Below the pieces are notes generated by a model. It was not told where the DNA came from. It saw only the letters and a list, made by a program, of their open reading frames with translations, and did no database searches. A stretch of 64,000 nt of DNA from an uncultured bacterium. GTDB lineage: Bacteria > Patescibacteriota > Patescibacteriia > SG8-24 > DYFX01. The position numbers were made by a program, and so were the translations under genes. Positions 9,219 through 18,322 of the stretch are shown one piece after another. Position 1 is the stretch's first letter, and every line of letters begins with the position of its first letter. The stretch covers positions 127,149-191,148 of the forward strand of contig CALCDZ010000003.1 of NCBI GenBank assembly GCA_937900255.1. The letters run 5' to 3'.

Positions 9219-9929
9219 TTGCTCATGGAAGAAGACCTGCTGCTTTCCAGGGTCGAAGGTTTTTTCTACGACGGCGACGGGACGCTCTGGGACACCGAGT
9301 CCTTGCTCTACGGCGTCTACGCCAAGATGCTCGCCGACCGCGGTCATCGCATGACCGAAGCGCAGTACCTGCCGATCGTCGGTCAGGGGGCTTCGGCGGC
9401 GGCGCGTCTCATCATCGAACGGTTCAGTCTCAAGGATGAACCCTCGGCTTTCGTCGAGGAACGCCGCTGCCGCATGCATCCACTGCTCGCGACGGTCCGG
9501 CTCTTGCCCGGCGTTTCCGGGCACCTTGACCGGTACCAGTTCAGCAAGACGAACGTGATGTCCGCGCTCGTCACCTCCGCGCCTGCGGCGCATGCGGACC
9601 CGATCCTCGACGCGCTGAGGCTTCGCTCGCGGTTTCGGGCCATCGTGACGGCCGACACGCCCGGCCTTGGCGGTCGTCTCAAACCCGACCCCGCGCCTTA
9701 CCGCTGCGCCGCCAAGGAGCTCCATGCGCACCCGATGCGCTGCGTGGCTTTCGAGGATACGTCGCACGGCGCGACTTCGGCCCGCGAGGCCGGCATGATC
9801 GTGGTGGGGACGCCTCATCGCTTCTCCCCGCGCTCAAAGCTCGAAGGCGTCGCTCATCACGTCCTGCCAGAAGGCACGACGCTCGCCGACTTCCGGCTCA
9901 GTTCGATCGAACGCTGGCTCCCGCACTGA
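9219..9929 (+). CDS. HAD-superfamily hydrolase, subfamily IA (beta-phosphoglucomutase-like sugar phosphatase)
   Basis: FFYDGDGTLWDTE motif I (DxDGT) at the N-terminus; later motif region EDTSHGATSAREAGM. 236 aa. Confidence 0.8.
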   Translation: MLMEEDLLLSRVEGFFYDGDGTLWDTESLLYGVYAKMLADRGHRMTEAQYLPIVGQGASAAARLIIERFSLKDEPSAFVEERRCRMHPLLATVRLLPGVSGHLDRYQFSKTNVMSALVTSAPAAHADPILDALRLRSRFRAIVTADTPGLGGRLKPDPAPYRCAAKELHAHPMRCVAFEDTSHGATSAREAGMIVVGTPHRFSPRSKLEGVAHHVLPEGTTLADFRLSSIERWLPH

Positions 9930-9996
9930 TCCGCCCGCGCGGACACGGGAGCTTTTTTGTTGCGTGCGTCGTGGCCGCGAGGTAGGCTGAAGACGC

Positions 9997-10791
9997 ATGA
10001 TCGGCCTCTTCGATTCCGGCATCGGCGGATTGACGGTGGTGCGCGCCCTTCGGGAAGCGCGGCCGGAATTGTCGTACGTCTACTTGGGCGACACCGCCCG
10101 CACGCCCTACGGCGGCAAGAGTCCGGAGACGATCCGCCGCTATGCGGAGGAAGCCGCCGATTTCCTGATCGCCCAAGGGGCCAAGGCCATCATCATCGCC
10201 TGCAACACCGCGTCGGCCCTGGCGGCCGATCACTTGCGCGCGCGCCACGAAGGGTTGCCGATCTTCGAAGTGGTCGGCCCGGCCGTCCGCGCCGCCGTCC
10301 GCGCGACTCGGAAGAAGAAGATCGGGCTCATCGCCACGCGCGCCACCGTCGCGAGCGGCGTCTACGCGGCGAGGCTCGGGGAGATCGACCCGGCGATCGA
10401 AGTCGTGGCGCGTCCGGCGCCGCTCCTCGTCTCGCTGGTGGAGGAGAACTGGATCGATCAGCCGGAGACCGCCGCCATCGTCGCCAAATACCTGGCGCCG
10501 ATCCGGCAGGCCGAAGTCGACGCGCTCATCCTCGGCTGCACGCATTACCCGATCCTGAAGGGACGCGTCGCCGCCGCGATGGGGGAGGGCGTGGTACTGA
10601 TCGATTCGGCCGAAGCGGTCGTCGGGGAGTTCTGTGCTACACTCCTGGAAGATCCCGCGCTTGAAGCCTCCTTGGACAAGAACGGACGTGCCGTCTATTT
10701 CGTGACCGACCCCGCGCCTTCCTTCGAGACGGTCGGCTCGGCCTGGATCGGTTCGCCGGTCGTCGCCCGTACGGTCCGCCTTTCGAACTGA
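9997..10791 (+). CDS. murI: glutamate racemase
   Basis: FDSGIGGLTV, ACNTAS and GCTHYP motifs, 264 aa. Confidence 0.9.
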   Translation: MIGLFDSGIGGLTVVRALREARPELSYVYLGDTARTPYGGKSPETIRRYAEEAADFLIAQGAKAIIIACNTASALAADHLRARHEGLPIFEVVGPAVRAAVRATRKKKIGLIATRATVASGVYAARLGEIDPAIEVVARPAPLLVSLVEENWIDQPETAAIVAKYLAPIRQAEVDALILGCTHYPILKGRVAAAMGEGVVLIDSAEAVVGEFCATLLEDPALEASLDKNGRAVYFVTDPAPSFETVGSAWIGSPVVARTVRLSN

Positions 10792-10808
10792 ACACTGAAA
10801 CCATCCAG

Positions 10809-11927
10809 ATGCATGCGCTCCTGACCGCTCTCCTGTTCGTCGTCGTCCTGTTCGTCCTGGTGCTCGTCCACGAACTCGGGCATTTCATCACCGCCCGGCT
10901 CTTCGGCATCGAGGTGGAGGAGTTCGGCATCGGTTTCCCGCCACGGGCGCTGATCCTCAAGAAGGGGAAGACGCTCTGGACGATCAATTGGATCCCGCTC
11001 GGCGGCTTCGTGAAAATCGCGGGAGAGGACGATCCTTCCAAGACCGGTCCGGGGACCTTCTCGGAAAAACCGTGGCACGTCCGCGCGGCCGTCATCGCGG
11101 CCGGCGTCTTCATGAACCTGGTCTTGGCCTCGGCGCTCTTCGCCGTCGGCTTCATGGTCGGCATCCCGCAGCCGTCCGACGGCCTGCCTTCGGGTGCCCG
11201 CGCGCGCGACCCGCGCGTGCAGGTGGTGGAGGTGCTGAAAGGCTCTCCGTCCGCAGCGGCCGGTTTCGCCGCCGGCGACGTGCTCGTCTCGATCGACGGG
11301 AGGCCGTTCGCGAAAGTCGCCGACGTCCAGGCCTACGTGAACGGCGCCCCTGACCGGATCGACGTCGTCATGCGGCGCGGCAAGCGGACATTCGCATCGA
11401 GCCTTCTGCCCGTGTCCGATCCCTCGTCCGGAAAGAAGCTGATGGGCGTAGGGCTGGCCGAGTCGGTCACAGTCTCGTTCCCGTGGTACCTGGCCATCTG
11501 GCACGGCATCGCCGCCACCGGCTTTTACGTGAAGGAGATCTTCTCGGGCTTCGCCGACCTCATCAAGGGCCTGTTCGTCGGGCAGAAACCCGGCGTCGAG
11601 TTCTCCGGCCCGGTCGGCATCGCGGTCATGACCGGCCAGGCCGCCCGCTTGGGATTCCTCTATCTCCTGCAGTTCGCCGCCGTATTGTCCGTGAACCTGG
11701 CCGTCGTCAATATCCTGCCCATCCCGCCGCTCGATGGCGGACGCCTGCTCTTCATCCTGATCGAACGGTTCCGAGGGCGCGCCGTCCGCCCCGTCATCGA
11801 AGCGGTTATCCAGCGCATCACGCTTTTCCTGCTGATCGGCCTCACTCTCATCGTCACGGTCCACGACCTCGTGCGCTACAGTCACCAGATCGGGAACGCG
11901 CTCAAAGGACTGTTCGGGGTCGCCTGA
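10809..11927 (+). CDS. rseP: RIP metalloprotease RseP (site-2 protease, M50 with PDZ domain)
   Basis: HELGHF zinc motif in TM1, central PDZ-like region, C-terminal LDGG motif. 372 aa. Confidence 0.9.
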   Translation: MHALLTALLFVVVLFVLVLVHELGHFITARLFGIEVEEFGIGFPPRALILKKGKTLWTINWIPLGGFVKIAGEDDPSKTGPGTFSEKPWHVRAAVIAAGVFMNLVLASALFAVGFMVGIPQPSDGLPSGARARDPRVQVVEVLKGSPSAAAGFAAGDVLVSIDGRPFAKVADVQAYVNGAPDRIDVVMRRGKRTFASSLLPVSDPSSGKKLMGVGLAESVTVSFPWYLAIWHGIAATGFYVKEIFSGFADLIKGLFVGQKPGVEFSGPVGIAVMTGQAARLGFLYLLQFAAVLSVNLAVVNILPIPPLDGGRLLFILIERFRGRAVRPVIEAVIQRITLFLLIGLTLIVTVHDLVRYSHQIGNALKGLFGVA

Positions 11928-11957
11928 TGCGCTGAAATGAAAGGGTAAGTTATAACT

Positions 11958-11982
11958 CTGCCACCAGCTCGGTGGCAGTTTT
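11958..11982 (+). terminator. intrinsic terminator after rseP (CTGCCACC-AGCTC-GGTGGCAG + T4)
   Basis: Perfect 8-bp stem and TTTT about 30 nt after the stop. Confidence 0.7.
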
Positions 11983-12070
11983 CGTGTTCATACAACGGAG
12001 AAATGAGTCAGGAAGGATAGTGACCTTGACGGCAGCGGAAAAACGTGCAAGGGTTGAGGCGGGAGGCCAC

Positions 12071-12688
12071 ATGCCGATGTTCTCTTTGCTCGTCGTGGAC
12101 GTGTCTGAAGATTGGGAAGAAGCGCTCAAGGCGCATGAGCGCGGGTACTTCATCGATTGGGAACCGTATATGCCAGGCAAATACGTGCCAGGCCGCATTC
12201 AGCCCTCCGATGTATCGCTCATCAGCTATCCGCATGGTTCGCTCCGTGCCGGCTTCAACGCCATCATCGACACGGTGCGTATGGCCAACCGGTTCGGTGC
12301 CGCCACCTACGCGGTGGAACATGATGTGCCCAATGCCGACGGCGAGGAAGAGACCTGCTGGTCGCTCCGGCCATACGTCGACGCACGGAACCGCTACCAC
12401 AAGCGTTCACTCAGCGCTTTCGGTTGTGAAGTCGCCAACCACCTCCGTCCGGAAGACGGCCCGCTTTTCATCCTCGGCTACGACCGTGACGCTTGCGTGC
12501 TTGCTACCGTGAAGGATGCCGTCGAGCGCGGCTTCAGGGTCGTGCTCTCGGAGCACTGCCTGCTCACCGCCGACCGCAATAATCGTCGAGAGGACACCAT
12601 GGCCTACTTCCGCGCCAACACGCATGTCCTGGATTCGCTGATTGACGTCTGGAACTGGATGCGCGATCGCACATGCGTTCCAGCCTGA
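12071..12688 (+). CDS. isochorismatase-family cysteine hydrolase (nicotinamidase-like)
   Basis: Start at MPMFSLLVVDV with SD GGGAGG. LLVVDV and the catalytic-Cys context ILGYDRDACVLATVKDAVERGFRV are typical of the family. The track ORF starts upstream at 11972. Confidence 0.7.
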   Translation: MPMFSLLVVDVSEDWEEALKAHERGYFIDWEPYMPGKYVPGRIQPSDVSLISYPHGSLRAGFNAIIDTVRMANRFGAATYAVEHDVPNADGEEETCWSLRPYVDARNRYHKRSLSAFGCEVANHLRPEDGPLFILGYDRDACVLATVKDAVERGFRVVLSEHCLLTADRNNRREDTMAYFRANTHVLDSLIDVWNWMRDRTCVPA

Positions 12689-12716
12689 CCCCCGCTCAAA
12701 AAAAGCGGGGGATTTT
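12688..12716 (+). terminator. intrinsic terminator (CCCCCGC-TCAAAAAAA-GCGGGGG + ATTTT)
   Basis: 7-bp G/C stem immediately after stop 12686-12688. Confidence 0.7.
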
Positions 12717-12753
12717 ATGTGCGAAGTCAGTCCCTTCCCATAAAGCGACGTAT

Positions 12754-12792
12754 ATGAAAGAGCAGATCGAACAGCTTCGGACCGAGGCATAG
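12754..12792 (+). other. 12-codon mini-ORF MKEQIEQLRTEA. It and about 20 nt upstream of it are about 74% identical to the pheS start region 720 nt downstream (MKEKLEQLKTEA...)
   Basis: Direct nucleotide comparison of 12722-12800 with 13440-13520, about 42/57 identical positions including non-coding upstream bases. Confidence 0.3.
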
Positions 12793-13475
12793 CAGGATTC
12801 GCCGCCGATGTTTCCGTGGCGGCGTCAGCATCCGGCAGGGCGTCATTGCGTCGATCGCCGTTTCATTTATACTCGGCACATCTCGTACCTTAGGAGGCAA
12901 CGTGATCCCTGGAAAGAAGTGCGGAAGCCTTTGTCCGGCTGCAATACCGGGCATCTCGAACCGGTCTGGCGTACCGTGGTCGTCGGCAAGTCGACGAGCG
13001 GAGTCATAGGCATGTCGATGACGGGGGAGGTCATCGATCGGCTGGGTTGCAACGGTTGCGGCGCCTCGTATGAGGCGGACGGACGTGGTAAGATGCGCTC
13101 CGATATCTTGGGGCCGCAGCTGAAGGGGGCCGGCACGGGCGGAGAACCGCTTTCAGCCTATCCTGACTGTGCCGGATCGCTCGAAGAGCGCCAGGACATC
13201 CGCTACCCGTCGCTGCCGACGACGCCAAGCCCCATGCCGCTCGCCCGGCGCACGTACCGTTTCTGCCCCACCCGTCTGACGATCGCCTGGGTCGGTCCCT
13301 GGGACCGCGATCCGGACGCAGAAGATGCTCGTCGATGGAGCTGGATGGATTCTTTCTGAAGAAGGGTGTCCACCGAGGAGACTGCTCGCTGATCGGTCCC
13401 CGTCACGCGAAACGCGGCGGTTTTTTGATGGGGAAGAAGGTGACAAAATTCATGCCTTCCTTTACAGTGACGCAT

Positions 13476-14534
13476 ATGAAAGAGAAGCTGGAGCAGCTCA
13501 AGACCGAAGCGACCTCCGCCCTGGCCTCCGCTAAGGACGCGGCCGAGCTTGAGGCGTTGGAAATCGCGTATCTCGGCCGGAAAGGCTCGATGGCCGCCCT
13601 GATGCAGGGGATGGCCGGTTTGCCCGGCCACGAGCGGCCTGCCATGGGCCAGTTGGCCAACGAGGTGAAGGTCGCGATCGAGCGCGCGCTCGCGGAACGC
13701 CGGAGAGAGATCGAATCCGAGAAGCTCGGCGCCATCGCCACCTCCGAATGGATCGACCTGACCGCGCCCGGCACCCGCCCGCCCAAGGGCCACCTGCACC
13801 TCGTGACCGACGCCGTCGCGGCGATCACCGACATCTTCTCGCGCATCGGCTTCACCCGCGTGCGCTATCCGGAAGTCGAATGGGACTGGTTCGCCTTCGA
13901 GGCGCTCAACATGCCCAAGGACCACCCCGCCCGCGACGAGTGGGAGACCTTCTTCATGGATGCTCCCGAGGACCCCAAGAACGGCAAGATGGTGCTGACC
14001 CCGCACACCTCCTCCGGGCAGATCCGCGAGATGCGGAAGGGCAAGCTGCCGATCCGCATGATCAACATCTCCAAGACCTACCGCCGCCAGAGCGATGTCA
14101 CGCACGTGCCGATGTTCCATCAGTTCGAAGGCCTGATGATCGACGAGAAGGTCTCGGTCACGCACCTCAAGGGCGTGCTCGACCATTTCGCGCGCGCGTT
14201 CTTCGGCGCCGGGCGCGTCACGCGCCTGCGTCCGTTCCACTTCCGCTTCACCGAACCGTCCTTCGAGATCGACATCTCCTGCGACCTGTGCGGCGGCACC
14301 GGCCTTCTCGGAGCGAACAAGTGCCGCGTCTGCAAGGAGGGCTGGCTCGAGCTCGGCGGCGCCGGCATGGTCCACCCCAACGTCCTCAAGGCGTGCGGCG
14401 TCGACCCGGAGAAGTGGAGTGGCTTCGCCTTCGGCTGGGGCGTCGAGCGCACCATGATGATGCGCGAAGGCCTGAAGATCGACGACATCCGCCACCTCTA
14501 CCGGAACGATTTCAGGTTCTTGCGGCAATTCTGA
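13476..14534 (+). CDS. pheS: phenylalanine--tRNA ligase alpha subunit
   Basis: 353 aa. Class II aaRS motifs (FRFTEPSFEID.., GWGVERTMMM). Start at MKEKLEQL; the track ORF is extended upstream to 13335. Confidence 0.9.
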   Translation: MKEKLEQLKTEATSALASAKDAAELEALEIAYLGRKGSMAALMQGMAGLPGHERPAMGQLANEVKVAIERALAERRREIESEKLGAIATSEWIDLTAPGTRPPKGHLHLVTDAVAAITDIFSRIGFTRVRYPEVEWDWFAFEALNMPKDHPARDEWETFFMDAPEDPKNGKMVLTPHTSSGQIREMRKGKLPIRMINISKTYRRQSDVTHVPMFHQFEGLMIDEKVSVTHLKGVLDHFARAFFGAGRVTRLRPFHFRFTEPSFEIDISCDLCGGTGLLGANKCRVCKEGWLELGGAGMVHPNVLKACGVDPEKWSGFAFGWGVERTMMMREGLKIDDIRHLYRNDFRFLRQF

Positions 14535-14535
14535 T

Positions 14536-14865
14536 ATGCCGATCCTCGCCGTCCTGGTCGCCCAGGTCTTCTATACCATCGCCGATGTCCTGCAGAAGAA
14601 GGTGCTCGGCGCCGGATTCTCGGTACGTACGCTGTTGAGCCTCGGGTTCCTTTCGACCTTGCTCGTCTCCGGCACCGGCTTCGTCTTCCAGATGTTCGCC
14701 ATGTCCAGGATGGAACTCTCCCGCACCATCATCCTGCTCGGCGTCTTCGGCGTCGTCCTGGCCGCCGCCGCCGGCGTGCTCGTCTTCCACGACAAGCTTT
14801 CCTTGAAGAACTACGTCGGCATCGCTTTCGCGGTGGCCGCCATCATCCTGGTCCGATCGAAATAG
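14536..14865 (+). CDS. small 4-TM transporter of the SMR/DMT superfamily (ArnE/ArnF-like, 109 aa) inserted between pheS and pheT
   Basis: Four hydrophobic helices, about 110 aa. ATG is 1 nt after the pheS stop and its own stop is 1 nt before the pheT ATG. Confidence 0.6.
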   Translation: MPILAVLVAQVFYTIADVLQKKVLGAGFSVRTLLSLGFLSTLLVSGTGFVFQMFAMSRMELSRTIILLGVFGVVLAAAAGVLVFHDKLSLKNYVGIAFAVAAIILVRSK

Positions 14866-14866
14866 T

Positions 14867-17272
14867 ATGAACCTCCTCGTCTCGTACAAGTGGCTGAAGG
14901 ACTACGTGAAGCTGAAAGCGTCGCCGAAGGAATTCGCGGCGCGGCTTTCGCTGTCCGGACCGTCGGTCGAACGCATCTACCCGCAAGGCGCGGCGCTCGA
15001 CAAGGTCGTCGTCGGCAAGATCCTGAAGGTGAAGCCGCATCCGAACGCCGACAAGCTGCGCGTGGTCGAGACCGACCTCGGCGGCATGACGAAAGAAATC
15101 GTCTGCGGAGGATCCAACCTCGCGGAAGGCCAGCTCGTGGCCGTGGCCCTGCCCGGTTCTTGGGTGAAGTGGCACGGGGAAGGGGAGTCGATCGAAATCA
15201 AGGCGGCCGCCCTGCGAGGCGTCGAGTCGTTCGGCATGATCTGCGGCGCCGACGAGATCGGCCTGCTTGATCGTTTTCCGAAGAAAGAAGAGAAGGAGAT
15301 CGTCGACCTGAGCGCCAACAAGGTCAAGCCGGGAACGCCTTTGGCCGAAGCGCTCGGGATGGACGACGTCATCTTCGACGTGGAGGTCACCTCCAACCGC
15401 CCGGACGCCTATTCGATGCTCGGCATGGCCAACGAGGCATCCGCCATCCTCGGCGTTCCGCTCACCTGGAAACCGCCCAAGGCGCCCCAGCTCAAGAAGG
15501 GGGAGAAGACCCTGCCGCTTTCCGTCAGCGTCCAATCCAAGAAGCTTTGCCCGCGCTACAAGGCGCTCGTGATGCGGAACGTGAAGGTCGGTCCGAGTCC
15601 GGAGTGGATGAAAGAACGCCTGGCATCGGCCGGCGTGCGTTCGATCAACAACCTGGTCGACATCACCAACTACGTCCGTCTCGAACTCGGCCAGCCGCTG
15701 CACGTCTTTGATTACGACGCGCTTGCCGGGCATGGGATCGTGGTGCGCGAAGCCGCGGCGGGGGAGAAGCTCAAGGCCCTCGACGGCAACGTGTACGACC
15801 TGAAACCGGGCCAACTCGTCATCGCCGACGCCGAACGTCCGGTGGCCGTGGCCGGCGTGATGGGCGGCGAAGAGACCGGCACGACCGAAAAGACGACCAC
15901 GGTCGTCATCGAAGCCGCTTGCTTCGACCCGGTCTCGATCCGCCGCACCGCCCGCGCCCTGAACCTGCATTCCGATTCCTCCAAGCTCTACGAGAAAGGC
16001 CTTTCGACCGAACTGGTCGAAGTGGCCTTGGAGCGCGCGGCCGGACTGGCTGCCGAGATCGCCGGAGCCGAAGTCGCCTCGAAGCGTTTCGACGTCCGCG
16101 CCGCGCCGTACAAGAAGCTCGTCTTTCCGTTCCGTCCCGAACGCGCCGCCGAGCTGATCGGCGTCTCGATTCCCGTCGCGCGTATGAGGAAGATCCTGGC
16201 GGACCTCGGTTTCAAGGTGTCCGGCGCCGCTAAAAAGTGGAGCGTGACCGTCCCGTACTGGCGCGATCACGACATCGAAGGCGAGCGCGACCTGGTCGAG
16301 GAAGTCGCCCGTGTCTATGGATACGGCAACTTGCCGTCGGTCGTCCCGGCCGGCACGCTGCCGCTCGCGGTCGAAGACCGCGCCCTCGCCTGGGAAGACA
16401 AGGCCAAGCGCCATCTCAAGGATTGGGGCTTCACCGAACTCATGACCTATTCCTTCATCTCGAAGGACCTGGCCGAAAAGATCGGCGCCGACCCGGCGAA
16501 GCTGCTGCGTGTCTCGAACCCGCTCAACGAGGAGCTTGAGTACATGCGCGACCGTTTGGGCGCCGGCATCCTCAAGGTCGTCGCTGAGAATCAGGAAGAA
16601 GCGGTCGAAGGCCGCGCGTTCGAGCTTTCCAACGTGTACATCCGGCGCGAGAACGACCTGCCTGCGGAGACCGCCCGACTCATGCTGGCCGTCTGGGGGC
16701 GCGGGCAAGATGGCCGCTACGTCTTTGACGCCAAGGGGGTTTTGGAAGCGCTGTTCGAGGAGTTCGGCATCCGCGGCTTGAAGACCGAACGTGCGCCGGG
16801 AGATTCCGTCTGGCACCCGGGCCGTACGGCCTCCGTCACGGTCGGCGGCGAGACGCTCGGCATGCTCGGGGAGTTCCATCCGGAACTGCTGAAGAAGTTC
16901 GGTATCGAGCGGAGGGTCGCGGCCGTCAGTCTTGATTTCGCCAAGCTGCTGACCTTCGCCTCCGCCGCCAAGTTCTACGTCCCGATGCCCGCCTTCCCGC
17001 GCGTCAAACGCGATCTGGCGTTCGTCGTCGAGCGCCACCTTGAGCACGCCGCCGTGGCCGAGAAGATTCGCCATGCCGATCCTTCGATCAGGATGGTCGA
17101 GCTCTTCGACGTCTTCGAAGGCAAGAACCTCGGGGAGGGGAAGAAGAGCATGGCCTACCACCTCGAGTTCGGCGCCGACGACCGCACGCTCAAGGCCGAA
17201 GAGGTCGATCGCGTGATGGAGACCCTCCGCGGGACGCTCAAGAGGGAGTTCGGGGCCGAAGCGCGTTCTTGA
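14867..17272 (+). CDS. pheT: phenylalanine--tRNA ligase beta subunit
   Basis: 801 aa. N-terminal tRNA-binding domain, B3/B4 and B5 regions, C-terminal FDX-ACB domain. Confidence 0.9.
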   Translation: MNLLVSYKWLKDYVKLKASPKEFAARLSLSGPSVERIYPQGAALDKVVVGKILKVKPHPNADKLRVVETDLGGMTKEIVCGGSNLAEGQLVAVALPGSWVKWHGEGESIEIKAAALRGVESFGMICGADEIGLLDRFPKKEEKEIVDLSANKVKPGTPLAEALGMDDVIFDVEVTSNRPDAYSMLGMANEASAILGVPLTWKPPKAPQLKKGEKTLPLSVSVQSKKLCPRYKALVMRNVKVGPSPEWMKERLASAGVRSINNLVDITNYVRLELGQPLHVFDYDALAGHGIVVREAAAGEKLKALDGNVYDLKPGQLVIADAERPVAVAGVMGGEETGTTEKTTTVVIEAACFDPVSIRRTARALNLHSDSSKLYEKGLSTELVEVALERAAGLAAEIAGAEVASKRFDVRAAPYKKLVFPFRPERAAELIGVSIPVARMRKILADLGFKVSGAAKKWSVTVPYWRDHDIEGERDLVEEVARVYGYGNLPSVVPAGTLPLAVEDRALAWEDKAKRHLKDWGFTELMTYSFISKDLAEKIGADPAKLLRVSNPLNEELEYMRDRLGAGILKVVAENQEEAVEGRAFELSNVYIRRENDLPAETARLMLAVWGRGQDGRYVFDAKGVLEALFEEFGIRGLKTERAPGDSVWHPGRTASVTVGGETLGMLGEFHPELLKKFGIERRVAAVSLDFAKLLTFASAAKFYVPMPAFPRVKRDLAFVVERHLEHAAVAEKIRHADPSIRMVELFDVFEGKNLGEGKKSMAYHLEFGADDRTLKAEEVDRVMETLRGTLKREFGAEARS

Positions 17273-17288
17273 AATTTTCCACGCCACC

Positions 17289-17579
17289 ATGAACCGAACC
17301 GAATTCGTCCAGCGCCAGCATGACGAGGTCCGCGAGACGCTCCTGAAGCTTCGCGAGCATGCCGCCGCCTTCGAGGGGAAGGTCCCGGGAGCCGAAGACC
17401 TGGAAGAGTGGCAGTCATCGCTCGATGAGACCCGGTCCGGCATCGCGACGCTTGAGCCGATCCTGGCGGATTTCGAGGCCGTCGGCGTCGATCCGGAAGA
17501 ACTGGTCCGATACGCCCAGACCATCGAGGACTGGCAGATGAGGGAAGCCGAACTCGCTAAAAAACTCGCCTCCGTATGA
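17289..17579 (+). CDS. hypothetical small acidic helical protein (96 aa)
   Basis: ORF with host-like codon usage. No motif recognised. Confidence 0.45.
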   Translation: MNRTEFVQRQHDEVRETLLKLREHAAAFEGKVPGAEDLEEWQSSLDETRSGIATLEPILADFEAVGVDPEELVRYAQTIEDWQMREAELAKKLASV

Positions 17580-17824
17580 CTTCACACGAGGAGATCAAGG
17601 AACTTTCCGACCGCTTCGAAGCCCATCGTTCCGCGCTGGAAGAGCGGCTGAAGCAGGAGCCCGCTGACGATGAGATGCGCGATGCCTTGCAGGACGTCGA
17701 AGAAGCCATCGAGACGCTCGAACCGCTCCTAGGCGTCGACGACGAGGACCTGGGCAAGTACGAGGACGCCGTCTCCGAGCTGACGTCCAAGGAGAGCGCC
17801 CTCGCCGAGCGGCTTGAATCGTGA
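17576..17824 (+). CDS. hypothetical small acidic helical protein (82 aa), start overlaps previous stop (ATGA)
   Basis: Translational coupling with the previous ORF. No motif recognised. Confidence 0.45.
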   Translation: MTSHEEIKELSDRFEAHRSALEERLKQEPADDEMRDALQDVEEAIETLEPLLGVDDEDLGKYEDAVSELTSKESALAERLES

Positions 17825-17858
17825 TAGACTGTCCTTGCTGACACATTAAGGAGGAAAT

Positions 17859-18245
17859 GTGTATTTAGAAAGCTCAAAAGACATCCTGTATCTCGTGCTG
17901 GCGTTCTGCGCGCTCTGGTTCACGGCTTTCGTGTGCTGGCTCCTTTGGTACATCATCCGCATCCTGAGGGATGTCACCAAGGTCGTCCACGAGATCCATG
18001 AGAAGATCGAGACGATCGACCGCGCCGTGCATTCGGCCAAGGAGAAGCTCGAGGCCTATTTCGGCTCCTTCGGCGTGGCCACGGCCGGCATCAAGATGCT
18101 CGGCAGCTATCTGGAGAAGCGCAAGGAAAAGGCCGTCGAAAAAGCGGAAGCCGTGGCCGCCAAGGTCCGGAAGAAAGTCTCGAAAGCGAAGAAACGCTTC
18201 AAGGAGGCGTTGGAGGACGAGGAAGAATCGGAAGATCTGGCCTGA
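17859..18245 (+). CDS. hypothetical membrane protein (one TM helix then Lys/Glu-rich coiled region)
   Basis: SD AAGGAGG upstream. The hydrophobic segment LVLAFCALWFTAFVCWLLWYIIRIL is within the first ~40 aa. Confidence 0.5.
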   Translation: MYLESSKDILYLVLAFCALWFTAFVCWLLWYIIRILRDVTKVVHEIHEKIETIDRAVHSAKEKLEAYFGSFGVATAGIKMLGSYLEKRKEKAVEKAEAVAAKVRKKVSKAKKRFKEALEDEEESEDLA

Positions 18246-18249
18246 AAGA

Positions 18250-18277
18250 CCCCCGGCGCGAGCCGGGGGTTTCGGTT
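18250..18277 (+). terminator. intrinsic terminator (CCCCCGGC-GCGA-GCCGGGGG + TTTCGGTT)
   Basis: 8-bp G/C stem right after stop 18243-18245. Confidence 0.7.
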
Positions 18278-18322
18278 CAGGCACGGCTCGTGCTATCCTT
18301 TCCGCAAGATTCACTGAAACCT

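Noticed and set aside
12808-13359. 183-aa ORF in the pheS upstream region
   Set aside because: R/W/C-rich, no SD, no motif. Overlaps antisense ORFs equally long. The region is more plausibly non-coding leader.
13362-13427. Calling a bona fide T-box riboswitch upstream of pheS
   Set aside because: Only a loose match to the T-box core (GGGTG-TCC-ACCG). No specifier-loop/Stem I could be identified, and the downstream hairpin is weak (4-bp stem). Reported as a possibility, not as a feature.
14843-17524. 893-aa minus-strand ORF; similar long ORFs at 19766-21373 (minus), 26498-28720 (minus), 36164-38260 (plus), 48883-51132 (plus), 13203-14528 (minus), 7693-9156 (minus)
   Set aside because: Each is antisense to a gene with clear family signatures (pheT, the 356-aa membrane protein/ICMT, dnaE, gatB, gyrB, pheS, PMM/PGM). 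Compositionally biased; not reported as CDS.
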